DNA of 64,000 nucleotides from Camelus dromedarius (GCF_036321535.1 NC_087436.1:43216001-43280000); one strand, 5' to 3'. Counted from the stretch's first letter, positions 14,600-29,404 are shown. The notes: generated from the sequence alone by a model not told the origin. Translations and numbers: made by a program.

Positions 14600-14750
14600 G
14601 ATTCTCACACAATCCTATGAGGTAGGTAGTATTATTAGCCTAAGCTCAGAGAAGGTAAGTACACTGCCCATATCATTCAGCTAGGAAGCAGCAGAAGTAG
14701 GATTTGAAATCACATGGTCTGCCTTCAGAGTCTGCACTTTCAACAATGGT
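14600..14750 (-). mobile_element. MIR SINE
   Basis: aatcctatgaggtaggtagtattatt..gctcagagaaggtaagt..ggatttgaa. Confidence 0.65.
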
Positions 14751-15370
14751 ATTGTCCTGCCTAACTTACTATTTGTTGGGAGTGCATAAAAACTCAGAAT
14801 CAAATTCGAAATGAATGAAGGACACTGCCTCTTACTAACCTGACACGAGAAAAAGTACAACCAAATAACTGTATCTTTTTTCCATAAGCGTAACAGGAGA
14901 TCTCCTACTCAGGTCCGTATAGCACAACCACTTAAGAAAAATGATTTAGGAATGGAAAAGTTGGAAGCAAAAGATTTTCAATATGTATTAAAATATTTTA
15001 TATAAAATCCACACTCTCACAGCTTAATGTACACTAATGAGTTTGGGTTCCTGATATTGACAACTAACCAAATCAGAGATGAGCAAGTTCAGCCTTTGAT
15101 CTTTGTTCACAGAAAATCAATAAGCAAGGACTGGTAAAACTGTCTCACTGAGGGACTAGCATTCTGTTCCTCCCCAGCACTTGTGAGCAAATATTAATTC
15201 CACCTTATGATGTGAAACCTTTAAATATTGTATGAGGTTTAAATCAAATCCAAGAAAGCAATTTCCTTGAAAATGCATTGCCAGTGTTGAGGGACTGGTA
15301 TTTTAAAGTGTGTGTTAAAAGAATACAAAAAATAATAATGGTAGGAAATTGAAAGAACAGAGACACTCAC

Positions 15371-15469
15371 CCTAGTTTTGGCATCGATCTGACCACCACG
15401 ATCCAGTAAGAGCTTCACCATGTTTGTGTTTCCCCTTTTGGAAGCCACATGCAGAGGAGTGATTCCATT
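15371..15469 (-). CDS. ANK2: ANK2 exon 9 (99 nt): [33 protein letters not shown]
   Basis: Overlaps ORF 15239..15448; acceptor tgtag, donor gtgagt. Confidence 0.96.
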
Positions 15470-16683
15470 CTACACCGTGGAAAGACCAAACAAGAGCATG
15501 TTGGGTATGACCAGGCATGATGGTGATAACTTTGTGTTAAAGAGCACAAAGGAGATTGTGACTTATTTTGCAATTTTATCCGAGGTTCCTATGGTTTAAT
15601 GCTTTTGATTTTTAAGGAACAAAAAAGCACACAAAGCACAAAACACTGTAGAGAATGAAAAATGGAATGAAACTGCATAACTAAGTCAATAATTACAACA
15701 TAGGTACTGAATGTACACATTACAGTCAAGAGACAAAGGGAGAACTTGCACATAATAGAAACAAATTTTCAGATCCTACCTAGGATAGAGCCCTAGTCCA
15801 AAGTCTATCTTTCTTATCATAATATCCATGCACTTAAAGATTCTGGAATCTTAAAGTTTCCTATGCTTAAAAATAGAATACACATAAACACATCAAAATT
15901 CAATGGATAAGATGATTCTTAAAGACACCTTCTTCACAATAATTCAGTATGAAAAACTTGAAAATAACATTTCAGTCCAGAAGACTTCTAAGGACAAAAA
16001 TAACACATACATGAATTATATATATTTCTTTTATTAGCTAACATATATCATCATAATGTCAAGGATATGTACCTGATTTTTTGATATGTTATAATTTTGC
16101 AAATATTCGAGTATTACGTTTACTGATTCATATTAAGTATACTGGGTTTTATAATTGTCATGAAAGTGAATTCTTTTCAATAAAAGCATACCATTAAACA
16201 TATATAATACAACATGATGTCTTTTTATTATTTTGGTAAGACTCTTCATACAGGCAAATTCTCAATTCATTAAAAAATAATCCCTGTCAATTAGTGTGCC
16301 CTATATCATTATTAAGACATAGTATAAATATACTTATACATTTTATACTTAATATTTTAACCGTTTAATCATTTATTGGCTTGAAGCTGTTCATTCATGA
16401 TTCATGGTGTGATCTTTAAACATAACTGTTCATACTGATGTCAGAATTAACATCCTCTTTATTGCAAATGATCTGTGGGCATGAGAATTTACACATTCTT
16501 ATCTTTCACTTGGGTCACAATGACTTCCTGTGATTTGAAGAACAAAACATGGAAAATCTAATATCTTCAAGCAGACAGATCCAGGTAAGGAAAAAGAAAT
16601 AAAATCTTTATTGTTGCTAATTGTTACTTCAGTAAAACGCCCACTGACTGCTACCTAAAATGAGAAACTGTTTTAATTCATAC

Positions 16684-16782
16684 CCTTGCTGTGAAGTCCA
16701 CTGCAGCTCCCCGGTTCAGAAGAAGAGTTGCCACGTTGACGTTTCCATAGTGGGCTGCGATGTGCAAAGGGGTAAAACCACT
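16684..16782 (-). CDS. ANK2: ANK2 exon 8 (99 nt): [33 protein letters not shown]
   Basis: Manual translation; acceptor catag, donor gtatga. Confidence 0.96.
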
Positions 16783-19700
16783 CTATGGAAAACAAGGAAA
16801 ATGACAGTCAGTAAAGCATTTCACCTCCATATGCTGCAGTCACTGGATTAGTGAAGAAAATCACATGGTAACTGTCTGCCTAATATGTGATCAATGCAAT
16901 TCAGATCATAAATGCTTTAATAAGACTCTTTAAGCTTTAGTGCTATCATTTAAATTTAGTGGTAAATAAGTCAATATATAAACAGGAAAATAAATATCCT
17001 ACATTTCTTGGTGACACTATTTCTGATTACCTTAACAATTTATCTATTTATGACATTTGTTGTTTATAGAAAATCATGCTTCTTGAGTTGGTTTAGCTTT
17101 AGAGCAAAACAGAATATGATTAAACAACATATTTTTACAGCCATAGAATTAAAATAATTACAAATAAAAATGTTTTCTCTAGGAAAAAAAACTCAAAACT
17201 ACTGTTTTCTTTTTGTTTGTTTTTTGGTTTGGGTTTTTTTATTTTAATGAAAAACAGCATTGGTTGGTATTGTATCTTTGGAACTATGAAAATACTGTGA
17301 GAAATTCTTACAGAGGATGTACAATTCATCCCACATCATTGACACTATCCTGATATTTCTACTCTCTTTATCTATACAGAGTTTAGATAGACTACGTTGT
17401 TCTAATGAAAAAAAGTTAAAAAAAACAAAAATTAAACAATATGCGTGTAATCCATATGAACATAAAATAAAGAAAAAATGAAGTGGAACCCATTTTTGAA
17501 TGTTAACTAAGCTAAATTTTATCAGTAAAATGAGACTGATATGAAATAAGCAAGTTAAATCAATTATATGGGCATTAGAAAACTACTCTCTGAAAGTTTG
17601 AAAAATTAGTCTGAAAATCTAAAATGGAAGAAAAGCACATTTCCTTTCATTTCTTTTTCAAATGAAAATTTAGCTAGAAATTTTTGCCATTTTTACAGGA
17701 GAAACATATTCATTCTTTTCTTATTAAAGTATGAAAGATGTATTATTCTTGCTCTCCATAATGTTCATTGTTTAATAAAAGATTATAGGAAAAATAAAGA
17801 CTGTTCCCATAAAACTGGATATCAGATCCTGCAGTTTGAGGTTATTTTTTATTATTTGCTTTTATTTGCAATGAACTTTGATGTGTATAATACTGTTTTT
17901 AAGAAATGCTCTAAATCACCATCATTATTTTTCTATTCATTTGATATATATCAGCTTTGGTAACTTTGTTTGCAAAATGGCCTAAATAAGCATTCAGATA
18001 CTTTAGGTAATAGAAATTCCTCTGTGCTAACAGCCAAATTAGCTGCAAATAACTTCTGACTGTAGAGAAGCCGGACACAAAGTAAGAATAGTAACTATCA
18101 ATCCAAAACCTACCCTTGCACTCATGATATTTTTATTTTGTGTCAACACGATGCCAAGTACTCACGTCAATAGAGAGGGGAAAAAAAAAATCACTCTACA
18201 ACCTGGCTGTCATTTTATAAAATGTCAAACTTTTATATTTTAGGAAATAATCGACTAGATGTTTTTCATTTTTATCTTGATACTTCCTGTTGCCCAGTCA
18301 TATCCTGAATATGCATCTATTCTTCAAGTTACAATTTAATTTCAGAAAAACACAGTGACTGCTGATGAATCATTTTCAAATTATTCAAGTATAATAATAT
18401 TATTTTTCCCATTTGTAGAAATAAACTAATATATCATCTGACACAGCCTCACTGAAAATCCATAATGATGCCGCAGGCTGCGGCTCTGGGATCAGCACGA
18501 GACTGGTAAAAGCCCCTCAGAGGAATGTTTCCCTGATTAACCTGGAGGTGGAAGGCAGGGGTCACCTTCTTACAGGATTATCCATGGAGGGGTTTCCCCT
18601 CTTTGTTAGTCTACTGTCCTCAAAGAAATATTGCTAACTCAGTATGTATCTGTTCAAATTACTGCTTTCAACAGAATGATTAGAGCCAATACTGCTTTCA
18701 AAAATGTACTTTAAACAATTACCAAAAATCACCTAAAAATAAAAAGTATCAAAATCACCAATTAAGATGTCAATTTGTATGATTCCAGTCTTGAGCAATT
18801 TCACCAAACAGTTGTGGCTTTTTAAAAATAATCTCTGACCTAAGTTCCATACACAGATATGGAACAGAAGACATGATATGAATAATTCAACTATAGTCAC
18901 ATCTCAATGGGTAAATTTGTTAATAAACAAGATAGGAGTTTTAAAAATATACTACACTTGGTAAATGCTAAGTATGAATGCTCAAAACCCCCATAGATAC
19001 ACAACCCAGTCATCATATGAGATGTTAGTCTAAAGAATTCCCTCAGCAAAGTAAAAATCAACCTACATAAGTAGTCACTTGCCTTTGAATACAGGTTAAT
19101 TTTTATAATATACTGTCAACAGTGTTTATGTCAGTGCCTCTCAGTAGCCTACGATCAAGGAGAGACCACTGCACGCACTCACGTGCACACACACACACAT
19201 ACATTCAGAGGCTTCTGAACGAAGTGTTCTGTTGATTTTGTTGATTGATAGTATTTATTTAGGTATGTGAAAAATACATGATTTCATGACAACTATTGTA
19301 AGATAGCAAGATAAAAGCAAATGCTTTGCTTGTGATATGCTCAATATCACTACTGATTATATACAATGTGGTAAAAAAAAATACAGAAAAAAAAAAGGAC
19401 AACTAAAATTAGATAAAAGGATAAAACAGTGGCAGAGAAACCTCCTTAAATCATACTTTACTAAACTCTAAATTGAGAATTCTCATTATGAAAAGGAGGT
19501 CACATCTCTCACAGGCAAAAAGTTCATAATAAGCTCTCTTAGTAAAATATATATTGCAGAAGAATCTTGTTTCAATGCTCTAATAAGCTATTTAAATAGT
19601 ATCATTGATTAAATAATGCTTCAAATATATGCTACATTAAATTTTTTGAATTATCCATTTGCCTTAATTATGGGCAAAGTTTCCAAGTTAACTTCCTAAT

Positions 19701-19808
19701 AATGAAAGTTCCAGTCATTAGTATGAATTAGTGAGCATTTATTCTAATTGGACAAAAAATAAAATAAATAAAAACAAGGCATATTTTGGCGTAACCACAA
19801 TACTGTAC

Positions 19809-19832
19809 CTCGGTTGTCCTATTCACCATCAT
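19809..19832 (-). CDS. ANK2: ANK2 exon 7, 24-nt microexon: MMVNRTTE
   Basis: ATGATGGTGAATAGGACAACCGAG between a pyrimidine tract ending ttcag and a gtacag donor; matches the known ANK2 insert. Confidence 0.92.
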
Positions 19833-20270
19833 CTGAAGCAGTGTTGTGTGGGAAAAAGAGGGAAGATATTACACAGTGCAAAATTAAGGAAACAATCAGT
19901 CCGCTCTCTGCAATTGGGTATACCATTCCAGCATGCCAAAATGCATTCCACTGAGAAAAGACATCCATAACACTATACAATTGTATCTTTCTAACTCTGT
20001 TTCTATTACTTTTTACCATAAATAGAATAAATAAGCAGATTTCCAAAAAGCTGAACCTCATCTTTTAAAAAAAAATATCTTTAGGTTTTTTGTTTGTTAC
20101 TATACCCAATAGACATCCCCTTTTTCTCTGAAATACCTCTGAAAGTAATTTATCTCTTTTGATGAGCAGAAGTAATTTTGCATTATCACCACGGCCTACT
20201 TCTTTGTCATCCCCCAGGAGGAATCTGGCGGCACGACGAGTTCCTCTCCACCAGTGTGTTCAGCTTTTAC

Positions 20271-20456
20271 CTTGGATTGTACGTCAGCGTTGTGATCATT
20301 CTGAAGCAGGAGTGCGGCAGATTTGGTGTCATCTTTCCTGGCTGCAATATGCAGAGCTGGCAGCCTCACTTTTCCTTTGGTGTCATTCTCCAAGAGGATG
20401 GCCACTGCCTGGTTGTGTCCTTGCTGGAGTGCCACAGCTAGGGGCGTAAAGCCATC
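20271..20456 (-). CDS. ANK2: ANK2 exon 6 (186 nt): [14 protein letters not shown]...[10 protein letters not shown]
   Basis: Within ORF 20196..20528; acceptor tccag, donor gtaaaa. Confidence 0.97.
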
Positions 20457-23400
20457 CTGGAAAAACAGAAGGAAAAATCTCCCATAAACTTTCGGGAGCC
20501 TGGGAGTCAACTCCAAGAAATAGTGCATCTCGTTTTTAAATTAATGATTAAAATTGATAAGAAAAACAAAAGGATTAAGTATTCCTGTGACAAGTAAAGC
20601 AAATTATAGTCATTTGTTATACTCTGCACTGGCTTCATCAGATTGTTTTTTTAATTTCTAGTCTACATATTTTTTAAAACATCTGCATTCCCTAACAAAG
20701 AATACTGCACATAGCACATGTTCAAACGTGTTTTGAATGTGAAAATAAAAATTAGAACCAACCCTACAGAATGCCTGCTTATGGAAAGGAAAATGTGGGA
20801 AAGGTAGAAATAATACAGACCACGTCTGACTGAGAATCAGAGATATGGTAGCCAAGACAGGGAAATAAATTACATGATTAACTATGCAACTTGCTAAGTA
20901 TCTCTACATTAATTAGGGAAAACAATAATAACTGTTAATGGAATGGTCTATTACCAATTAATTTGGGAAATTTGGGACATATATGATTTAAAATTCTTTG
21001 GAAAATAAGGCTACTTCATAAATTAGTTGAATTATATTTTATTTAGATCATTTAGATATAAAATTGTATGTGCTAAGTAATGCTAAAAAAAAAATCAGCC
21101 TTTCAATTAGAAATTAAAAAAAAAAAAAACCCACAATAGCACAGATCATCAAAGTTGGAGGAGCCGGGGTAGATGGATAATTATGCTGGAAAACTTGGAA
21201 GCCATGTTTCCTCTCTAGAAACAAGTATTCAGTTAATATAAAGGTGATAAATAAGTAGAAAAAATATATATTCTAGGCTCTATTTATGTGAAAACCTCCC
21301 TTAATTCACAAAAGCTTGAAAACATATCTCAAAGTTAGATGCTTCCATTCACAGAGAGGAGAGATGAGGGCAATCGGATGGTATATTTAATGACTACGTT
21401 CTAGAGATAATGGCAATTTACCCAAATCTAACTACTCCATTTGTTTTCAACAACCATATTTAAAAAGGTAACTGTAGACTTCTGAGGGAAAATCATTTTC
21501 CTCAAATGCATATCATATATGCACTACCACAATAAGAATTGAATATTTTAAATTAGAATTGAATTTTAAATAAGCACATTACTTAGTGAAATGGAAGAAT
21601 AAACCATGTCGTGTTGTAAGGTAAAAGACAGTAGTCTAGATTTAGAACTTTATTTGGCACAAACTAAACCCTCTGTGAAGGAGGAAAGAGCAAGTTCATC
21701 ATGATTTGCATACTTAATTTGATTTCCCCACAACACTGTGATAGTTGATATTAAAAGAGAGTGAACTTTATTTTTCTGTTAGAGACAAAGCATTTGCTGA
21801 CAGTATCGAACCTAATTAAAAAGTTTTTAGCCTTTAATTTTGGTAATATTCAGGGAAAAGGAAGAGAGTAGAGAATTATAAAGATGGTATTGGAGGGACA
21901 CAGAACTCTCTTCAGAGAATTTAATTTAAACTCCACCACATGGCTTCCATTTTAATCTACACTTCATGGGAGAAGGATGAATATTTGAAATGATTTTTTT
22001 CAAGTATCTCAACTAGCTCTATGAAAAGGAAATCTATATTAAAATTTAGTAGCTTCATTTTTCATCATTTATTTACAGGTGCCAATTGTTATAATTATGG
22101 GAAATCTCAAAACTTTCAATATTTCTTTTCAAACATGAGTTTCATTGCCATATTGAATGATCTCAAAATTATCTGATTTTTAAAGTAGTCACAATGTCTT
22201 GATTAGTAATTAATTTTTGCAAATTAGGGCTACTAGTGGGTTCAGGGTAAGCATCTTCTCTTGGTATATTCAAACATGTACACATGACTCTAGGGGGTGT
22301 TTAGCAATGCAACCTTAAATATCAAACAGCAATCAACTGTGTAGCCCTGTGAAGATGTTATGTTCAATTACAGAATGACAGCTTAAAAGGGAACATGCAA
22401 AGGTTTTTCCATATGTGTATTTCTTGATAATCATTAGGACCAGCAGTCTGGAATTAATCAACTAAGTTTATATTTGTCTGGTCAGGAAAAATTAACTAGG
22501 AAAAATTAATTTTAGTTATTTAAATAATTTTTAAAAAATGAAACAAATAACAGGCGTATATGTGTCTAAGCTAGGAGTCAAAAACCTTACGTGATTTACT
22601 TGCAAAAGCTGCATTTCTGTGTGGAAATCAGAGACAGTTTTAATTTTCTGAGAATCACAGTGCCACATGGCCTCTGCTGATGCAACATACATAAAGGGGT
22701 ATTTCTGGAACCAGACTGAGATGCCACAGAGGTCTGGACTGGAGGAGCCTTGAGACAGCTGAGAATGCCATCAGGTTGTGTTTCTCTAAACCACACACTA
22801 GAAATATTGTCTATTTGATAAGTAGAACTCTGTAGTGTAAAAGTTTCTCTAGGTAAACGATTCTGCTTTCAAGGAAATAAACACAGATTTCCTTATTTTA
22901 GTACATTCCTCAGAGGCCCTAATGCAGAGATAGTGTCTCATATTGTTACCCAAGCTTTGCCTGAGATTATTCACACGCTACTCGTTGAAAGAATTAGTGT
23001 CTCAGAAAGTCACAAAATAAATCATAAAACCATAATCATAAAAATCACACTGTAGCCATGTGTTAAGAGTGTAAAATCTGTGTATGTTGAATAGAGAACA
23101 GGAAATCATTTCATATTAGGTAGTTGTGCTTTCTTTTCATAAACAGGAAGCATGGTCCCATTAATAGTGATGTCTTGGGATTGTTTTTAACTAACGAGAA
23201 TAAGCTGTCAGAAAGTTATTTTGATTGGTTCCATAATAAAAGTTTTCTCCCAAAGGGCCTGGACATGAACTTAACAGATTATAATGACCTCTCCCCACAA
23301 TGCAGGGTAGAAGGGATTTCATGTTTATTTCACCTAAAGACTCAATTGTTCAGAAAGGAGGTCATATTAGACATTCAAAATGATTAAGATAGGTTTGGGG

Positions 23401-23846
23401 GGGAGGGGTGGAACAAACACCTGCCATTTATCTTTTACTCCAGGCCAGGAGTTTTAAAATTTTATCAGTGGAGCCAGAGAATGTGAAATAGGAAAAATAA
23501 AGCCTGTGTAGTCTGGTTGAAAGAGATGAGGAGAGGGTGTCCCAGTGGAGCTCTCTTCCCCTCCCCTCCTGTGTCTCCTACTCCTAACCTTTCAGTGGCC
23601 CCTGAGGCATTTTCACCAAGCTCAAGAACTTCTTGAGCTTCACTTAAAAGTCAATGTTCTAAATAATCATTGAATTCTCTCCTTAAACTGCCTAGGCAAA
23701 AATGAGAAGGAAAATACAAAGCATGTTCTGTTTACTGGAGGACACTCACAGGAAAAGGAAAGTCATGTTCTAAGTTGGCCCACTCCAACCCCTTTTTATG
23801 TCTAGATGTTCTGAATGTTTTGAAACAGGATTGATTTGGAACATTC

Positions 23847-24445
23847 TGAAACAGGAGGGAAGAGGGCAAGGCACAACCATTAAAAGAATGACACAGCAAT
23901 TAGCACCAAGATGGCAGAAGACTCCGCTCCCAGGAGACCTTGAGCTCACTGTAATATATTAACATGGTAAATGGCACATCCACAGGTGCCTTGAAAGTTC
24001 TGAGGCTAACCATAGAAGGCCAAAAAGTAGGCGGTGGCCCAATTCCTGGGAATCCCTGCCCCTTCCCCAAAGTAGCTGGAATAATCCTCCCACTTGTTAG
24101 TATATGAAGCTACCAAGCCCATAAAAACTAACAACTCCACACCTTGTGGTCACTCTCTCTTGCCCTCTGAAACAGCCCACACTCTTCTGCAGACAGAGTG
24201 TGTATCTACTTTTACCTTAAACTAAATACCTCCCACACTTTTCGGTCTTTCTGGCCTTCTGAGAGACAGCCTGCACTCTGTCTATAGGGTATATATCTCT
24301 CTGAATCTACCTTCACTCTATTATGGCTCACACTTGAGTTCTTTCCTGCACAAAGCCAAGGACCCTTACCTGGTGGGGCGCATCCCAGGGACTTGCCCGG
24401 GACCTGGGACACTGTCATCCTCTTGTGCCCATTTTTCCTGTATCA
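23847..24445 (+). mobile_element. Solo LTR, ERV1-like
   Basis: TG...CA termini; 4-bp TSD attc at 23843-46 and 24446-49; TATA-like cataaaa near 24120. Confidence 0.85.
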
Positions 24446-24938
24446 ATTCTATTTAGTTGTTGCCATAATCATAGTCATACAACCAGATGTCATAATTTGT
24501 GGTTATGAACAGCTTTTTAGTGACACATTCCTCATGAAATTGTACAAACATAAATAACCATGAATTAGTGATAATCATTAAAAATGTTCCTTTAAGGAAT
24601 TGTATTAGATCCTAACAAAGATAAAATATTAACAAAAAGGGATGGGTAGAGTTTACTATAATCTAATTTTAGAACAGTATAAAGTTCCTAAAAGCTAGAG
24701 AAGGGCAAACTAATAGAAGCACAATTTCGTGTAAGAATAAATTGACATGAATCCCAAATCAACGCATAAACTCATTGAACTCTGTGCACTGGGTCATTCG
24801 TTCATGGCCACTGTTGTAGGTTGCAATAGTAACACAAACACTCCTAGGATAAAAGGCAGGGAGACCCTTTGCAGCTGGATGCAAAGAATATGGACACTAA
24901 GATCAAAGAATTCAAGTCTTTCAAGTTGACAGTCTTAC

Positions 24939-25037
24939 CTCAGTAGCAGTGCTCTGATTAGCTCCATTTTCTAGCAAATATTTCACAACATCAACGTGGT
25001 TCTCTTGGGCAGCCATGTATAAAGGAGTGAAGCCATT
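24939..25037 (-). CDS. ANK2: ANK2 exon 5 (99 nt): [33 protein letters not shown]
   Basis: Manual translation; acceptor ctcag, donor gtaaga. Confidence 0.96.
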
Positions 25038-26857
25038 CTGAGGACAAACAGTAAGACAGGTATCTTCAATCATTTGCAAAGTTTAAACCAGGAAACAGTA
25101 CAAGACAAGGGAAGAGAGAATACTATGAAGCAGAACTTTGAGACGGTAAAAATGTATCTTCACGCTGAAGAAGTCATACATGTATTTGCCACTATAAAAC
25201 TAGACAAAATCACAGTTAACCAATTCCTACACACAATTTTTTAAAAAATGAGGAGAAAGGGAAGAAATATCTCCCTCATTTCCTGTCTTCATTTCGGTAC
25301 CAGAGATTCACATTTCTCAACACCTAACACATATTTAGTGTCTTAACAGCTATATAATTCTATAATAATAGAATTCTCACTATATATAATATCTATATAA
25401 ATTATTTGTATAGTATCTCCTGTATTTATCAATTAATAAACTATTTAAACAGATGACCATGACCTTGAATATACACAGTTTAATACTCTTGAAGGTATAA
25501 ATTATTACTCATAGCAGAATAGGCTGGGAGAGATTGCAAATCTGATTGAAAATTTTAAAATCTATATTTCAACACTCTGATTGAGGTAGCATGATTTACA
25601 CGGAACATCTTTCCATTGTTCTTTTTAAAAGCCATTCTGAAATTCTATCAGTCATTAATTCTCATATTCACTTAATTATTTAGTAAAAATCCAAGCACTG
25701 GCAGCTGGACCATCACTGGAGACAACTGTAAACAAGACAGACATCTGCCCTCGTGGAGCATATACTATGGTCACATGATAACATTATGTAGTCATAGATT
25801 CTTTTTTAAAAAGCACCGAACTTTTATAACATGAGTTTGAAACTAAGTTTAAATTGGCAAATTTTCTTTTCATTAGGTCCTCTGCAATATGTAATATTTC
25901 ATTAAGGTAAAAATCTACCAAACTTTATTAAAAAAAGAAAACTTATCAAATAATTCATAAACTCTCAAAACACAACAATTCTCTCAAAATTATGTCAGAG
26001 TCCTAAATACAGTTGATTCCCTTTAAAAATTCCACTCATGAATGAGAAGAAGTAAAAACAAAGATGAAACTTCAGGGATTTTCAAAAACTTACAAGGAGA
26101 GCAAAATAGCTTTTTCAAAAAATTCTGTATATGTGTGGAAACATTATTCAACATGGTCAAGACACAGTAAAGTATGGAGGATACAAGAAGAACAAGAAAA
26201 GTAATTTTAAATTTAATTACAAAAGAAAACCTGTAGGTTTCAAATGATGGTGGAAATTTTTAAAGCAAGAAATATTACAAGAGGCATGAACTGACAGTTT
26301 TGTAGGATTCAGGAATAACTTGCTAGCTGGGTGACATATTTTTTAAAATACAGCAAACAGGTGAAATCTTGTGTATTTTAAGAACTGAAGAGGTGGCGGA
26401 AGGATGGAATTAGAGATTCAAAGGAAGGGAAAGCCAGTGAGGATGGTTAAAAACATTGTGTGGGTTGGAATGGAGCTCTTTCACGACAAGTAAAAGGCAG
26501 GGATGTAGAAAGAAAAAAAGAACTTTGAATAGAATAAAACAATTTGCATACATGTTTTCCTCTGACAGAATCTCGTGTATAGATCAGGAGAAAGGGAAGT
26601 TGCCGGGGTTGCCAGATGAAAAGGGGGGAGGAGACTTGTGATCCTTAGGCTCCTGTCCTGGGTCCTGAACTTTAAAGGGACCTCCTCTCTCTGAGCAGCG
26701 AGGGGATCCAGAGGGCCAAGGGACAAGCCCGTCTTGATCCTGCAGCTTCCCTGCTTCCAGACCACACACCACACATGGAGCCCCAAGTGTGGTTCCAGCG
26801 CTTGCTCAGACTTCCTCCTTGGGTTCATTTTTCAAGGGTCCGCTGGTGTGCACACCC

Positions 26858-27210
26858 TGCAGTAGTCTGAACAATGGATCCCAAATATGTCCACATCCTA
26901 ATCCCTGGGAGCTGTAAATGTAACGTCATATGACAAAGGGAATGTTGCGGATGTGACTAAATTAATGGGGAGATTATCCAAGTGGGTCTGATGTAATCAC
27001 AAAGGTTTTTATAAGAAGGAAGCAGAAGGTCAGAGAGGAGAGGAGACACCACATCGCTTCTCACTCAGAGCCTCCAACAGGAACCAGCAGTCCCAATACC
27101 TTGGTTTTAGCCCTGGGGATCTAATTTTAGACTTCAGACCTCAAAAATTATAAAAGAATAAATACGTGTTATTTCAAGCCACTGCATTTGTGATCACTTG
27201 TTACAGCACC
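26858..27210 (+). mobile_element. MaLR LTR (MLT1-like)
   Basis: gtccacatcctaatccctgg..gagattatcc..tgtaatcacaa..ataaat..aagccact..ttgttacagc. Confidence 0.75.
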
Positions 27211-28049
27211 ACCAAGCCTCTACTGAATTGGACTCTCCACATATGAAGCCCAAGCACATGCGTATTTTTTTTAAAAAGCTCAATTTTTTAAATCACTTTC
27301 AGGACTTTGTTATAGGTGATGCAGAAGAACTGAATGGTTTGGGGCTGGGGTCACATTTCCATTTCAGAAAGTTCACTCTGGTGACCACAGACGCCTGGGT
27401 TTGGGATGGTGGGAGACAAGGAGAGAAGTAAGAGATGAATCCATTTTTGCAATCTTTCCAGTAGCGTATTTAAAAGATGAAGGCAACTGGAGCTAAGATA
27501 ACATCCTGGCTAGAGGAAGGGGAGCTATTTACTGTCACCAAACATATAAAGTAAGAAGGCAATAAAGATTTACTCCAGGTCCTAAAGACGTGGGAAATTA
27601 TCCTTCCTTAACTTACTGATGCTATTTCAGGAGAGAATAGTCCACCAGAGACTGTGACGCATGCCTCTGGATAAGTGGGGCAGGGCTGGCAGCACTTTGA
27701 CGCCACTGCAAATTCCATAGGCAAGCTTTTATCTTCTCACATAAATCAACAACACAGGATTATGGGACCCTGTGTCCATGCCTCGAGGTGCTTTCCAATA
27801 TATTGTTTCCATGTTTTCCTAAAATAGTCTGGTTGCACGTAGGTATGAGAGTACACATATTTTCTCCTCGTTGGTATGAAAAAAACAAAGAGATTCGCAG
27901 CCTGGGTTGATACCTGGAGGGTGCCAATAAGTACAGCATTACTTGTCGTTACAGTAGTTCCATTGCGACCAATAGGTGCCTCTACCAACTGGTTATTAAA
28001 TATTTTCAATGTTATTCCTCTCCATGGCAAATTATTAATTATTTGCCAT

Positions 28050-28720
28050 TCATTTATATTTGTTCCCCAAAACTGTGTTTGGTGACACTTCACTGCTCGG
28101 CACTGTGTTCAACTTTGGTAATTCAGAGATGAAAGCTCCCTGTTTTTTTAGGAGCTTACAGTCCAGACGCTGAGATGGGCAAGTAAGCAAACTACTGTAT
28201 TACAATTCAGTGAACACATACGTTAATTTCTTTAATTAAAAAAAAAAGTGTTGGCTATAAGGAGAACATACAAGGACACAGAGCTCAGCTGGATAAAAAA
28301 TGACATCCGAAGGAAATCACTGGTTCTGACACTTGGAAGATACTGGGAGTGACTTGGTTTGAGCTGAATTATGAAAACCCTGAATTTAGGCACAGAAGCA
28401 AGAAAGGTATTTCAAACAGAGGAAACCCTGTGAGAAGAGAAAGCACTGAACATATAGCACTCTTCTGATAATTCAGTGTGACTAGTTGAGGGAGGAGGCT
28501 GAGACAGGCAGTGATCAGCCCCCTCCTGTCATGCAGTTGAGTCTGAATTTTATTCTGAAATCTTGGGAGTCACGAAAGGGTTTTAAGCAGGGGTTTGACA
28601 TGGTCACATTTGCATTTTAAAGAAATTAATTTGCCAGAGCTGGGGAGGATGAATTGGAAAATGGCCAGAGTACAGTCTGGGAGAATAGAAAGGTTTTTAT
28701 AATAATTCAGATGAGAAGTG
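28050..28720 (-). mobile_element. L2 fragment
   Basis: ggcactgtgttc..ggagcttacagtccag..ttttaagcagggg..tttgcattttaa. Confidence 0.55.
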
Positions 28721-29404
28721 AGGATTAGAAACATTAATATGATTTTGAGATTTCAAAATGTCATTTAGTATTCACGTATTTATATTCCAGTTAAAGACTA
28801 TAAATGGTTTCAGTCTGCATGATTTATTTGTCATTGATAATATTTCTGATTTATTAAAGTTGTAAAACTTTTTCTTCAAACCCAGAAATTATATCATACT
28901 TTAGAGAACTCAAACACTTGTAATATTACCAAAAATGTTTTTACTATTTTCGTTAGTGATTTAATGATGAACCAGTAATCAGGCTTTAGCCATTGGAAAG
29001 AATTTTTTTTGGTAACTGGATAATCTGAGAAAATTGAATGAACATGAGCTGATAAATTTCCTATCAAATGTAGACTTATTACAGCTTGGGGGACATTTTT
29101 ATGCAAGTAGAGTCCATTGATATTTATATGTTACTTCAAATAAACTATACAGAGACAAATAATGTCAGTATGAAAAGTAAGGAATGATTTAAAATCAATG
29201 TCATGATTTTTGAAAATTGTAAAAACTATCATTATTACCAATTTTTAAAGAATCTTAACTTTTCAGACTTAATTTTGTCAGTACATAGAGCCTTATTCTT
29301 TTATTACACAGATCAAAATTTATCAGTTGGATGACTTGAAATAATAAATCATTTAAAATTACTTTACCCTTAACATGAGTCCATGTTATTTTTCATTTCA
29401 AAAA

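Noticed and set aside
19170..19205. Cryptic donor CAC|GTGAGT beside a short (UG)n tract, a possible TDP-43-repressed exon
   Set aside because: No convincing upstream acceptor found, and such motifs are common by chance.
20196..20270. In-frame read-through of exon 6 ([24 protein letters not shown])
   Set aside because: Short intronic run to a stop after a valid donor; no sign of an alternative terminal exon.
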